This document shows, piece after piece, positions 62,893 to 64,000 of a stretch of 64,000 bases of DNA. The DNA is from Squalus acanthias. Lineage: Eukaryota. Where the stretch lies: positions 151,964,001-152,028,000 of the forward strand of contig CM059431.1 in the NCBI GenBank assembly GCA_030390025.1, given 5' to 3'. The notes under the pieces were generated by a model, which saw nothing but the letters and a program-made list of their open reading frames with translations, ran no database searches and was not told the DNA's origin. The translations under genes were made by a program, and so were the position numbers. The stretch's first letter is position 1. The number at the start of each line of letters is the position of its first letter.

Positions 62893-63825
62893 TGTAACTA
62901 GCAGGGTAGATAAAGGGGAACCAGTGGATGTAGTATATTTGGATTTGCAAAAGGCATTCGATGAGCTCCCACATAAAAGGTTATTGCACAAGATACGTTC
63001 TCATGGGTTTGTGGTAATATAGTAGCATGGATAGAGGATTGGTTTACTGACAGAAAACAGAGAGTCGGAAAAACGGTTCTTTTTCAGGTCGGCAGGCTAT
63101 AACTAGTGGGTTTACCGCAAGGTTCAGTGCTGGAGCCTCAGCTATTTGCAATCTATGTTATTGACCTAGATGAAGGGACCGAGTGTAATGTATCCACGTT
63201 TACCGACGGTACAAAGCTAGGCAGGACAGTTAGCTGTGAGAAGAACACAACGAGTCTGCAAAGGGATATAGAAAGACTAAGTGAGTGGGCAGTAAGTTGG
63301 TAGAAGGAGGATAATGTAGGGAAATGTGATGTTATTCACTTATGTAGGAAGAATAGAAAAGCATAATATTTTTTAAATGGTGAGAATCTTTTAAATGTTG
63401 GTGTTCAGAGAGATTTGGTTGTTCTCGTGCTGGAAACACAGAAAGCTAGCATGCAGGTACAGCAAGCAATAAGGAAGGCTAATGGCGTGTTGGTCTTTAT
63501 TGCAAGGGGTTTGGAGTAAAGAGTTAGGAAGTCTTGCTACAATTGTAAAGGCCTTGGTGAGACCACACCTGGAGTACAGGGCTCAGTTTCATTCTCCTTA
63601 TCTAAGGAAGGATATACTTGCCTTGGAGGCGGTGAAACAAAAGGTTCACTAGATTGATTCCTGGAATGAGAGGGCTGTCCTATGATGATAGATTGTGCAG
63701 AATGGGCCTATACTCTCTGCAGTTTAGAAGAATGAGAGGTGATCTCATTGAAACACACAAGATTGAGAAGGGGATTGACAGGCGGGTAGATGTTCCCCTG
63801 AGTGGAGAGTCTGAAACTAGAGGAG
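62893..63825 (+). mobile_element. CR1 RT fragment, paralog of 44763-47020 without the nested insertion
   Basis: Same inversion junction TAACTATTGATGTAACTAGCA as at ~44755. Confidence 0.85.
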
Positions 63826-63829
63826 CTTG

Positions 63830-63901
63830 TCCCGGATGGCACAGTCGGTAAAGAGACCGATTTTAATCTGAGGGTCCAGGGTTCAAGTCCCTGTTCAGGC
63901 G
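63830..63901 (+). pseudogene. tRNA-Lys(UUU) pseudogene
   Basis: 3' half TTTTAATCTGAGGGTCCAGGGTTCAAGTCCCTGTTCAGGCG is nearly canonical; D and anticodon stems damaged. Confidence 0.85.
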
Positions 63902-64000
63902 CTGCGTTTAACAGTGAAGAAAATGCCTAAGTTTACACTTGAAAGCAATGACCTCAGAAAATACCCCATCAAAACAATCATGCGTTTATTTGCAACGGAT

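Noticed and set aside
1197..63851. Numerous 60-250 aa ORFs, including antisense ones, as host genes
   Set aside because: They are fragments or antisense shadows of LINE ORF1/ORF2
48906..63901. Functional tRNA-Lys genes
   Set aside because: Every copy has broken acceptor, D or anticodon stems by inspection; called pseudogenes pending tRNAscan-SE

Overview
This is vertebrate, not prokaryotic, DNA. The repeat families (CR1 with esterase ORF1, Deu-domain SINE, Penelope) and the GPCR type point to a cartilaginous fish; that host is inferred, not confirmed. Most of the window is nested, decayed mobile DNA: many CR1 LINEs (one young and nearly intact at 31767-35161), a second CR1-group LINE family, L2, RTE, SINEs, Penelope pieces carrying minimal hammerhead-ribozyme motifs, and Harbinger-like MITEs. 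It also holds three minisatellites (21, 26 and ~43 bp units). Host content is: an apparently intact two-exon GPR139-like class A GPCR on the minus strand (14951-14882 + 14043-13142, 323 aa; exon 1 is missed by the ORF track); a 5'-truncated pseudogene paralog (51450-~52277); 11 degenerate tRNA-Lys(UUU) copies with shared flanks, which appear to derive from a convergent tRNA-pair unit; and a possible signal-peptide exon at 36301. Best candidates for something new: (1) a segmentally amplified GPR139-like receptor family whose copies diverge mainly at likely ligand-pocket positions, lying in a decayed tRNA-Lys array; (2) a frameshifted fusion-protein-like env relic at ~47328-47945; (3) a hammerhead-only Penelope micro-insertion with a TSD; (4) a LINE that may carry a tRNA-derived head. 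Repeat boundaries are by eye (roughly ±10-30 bp) and family names come from recalled motifs, not database searches.
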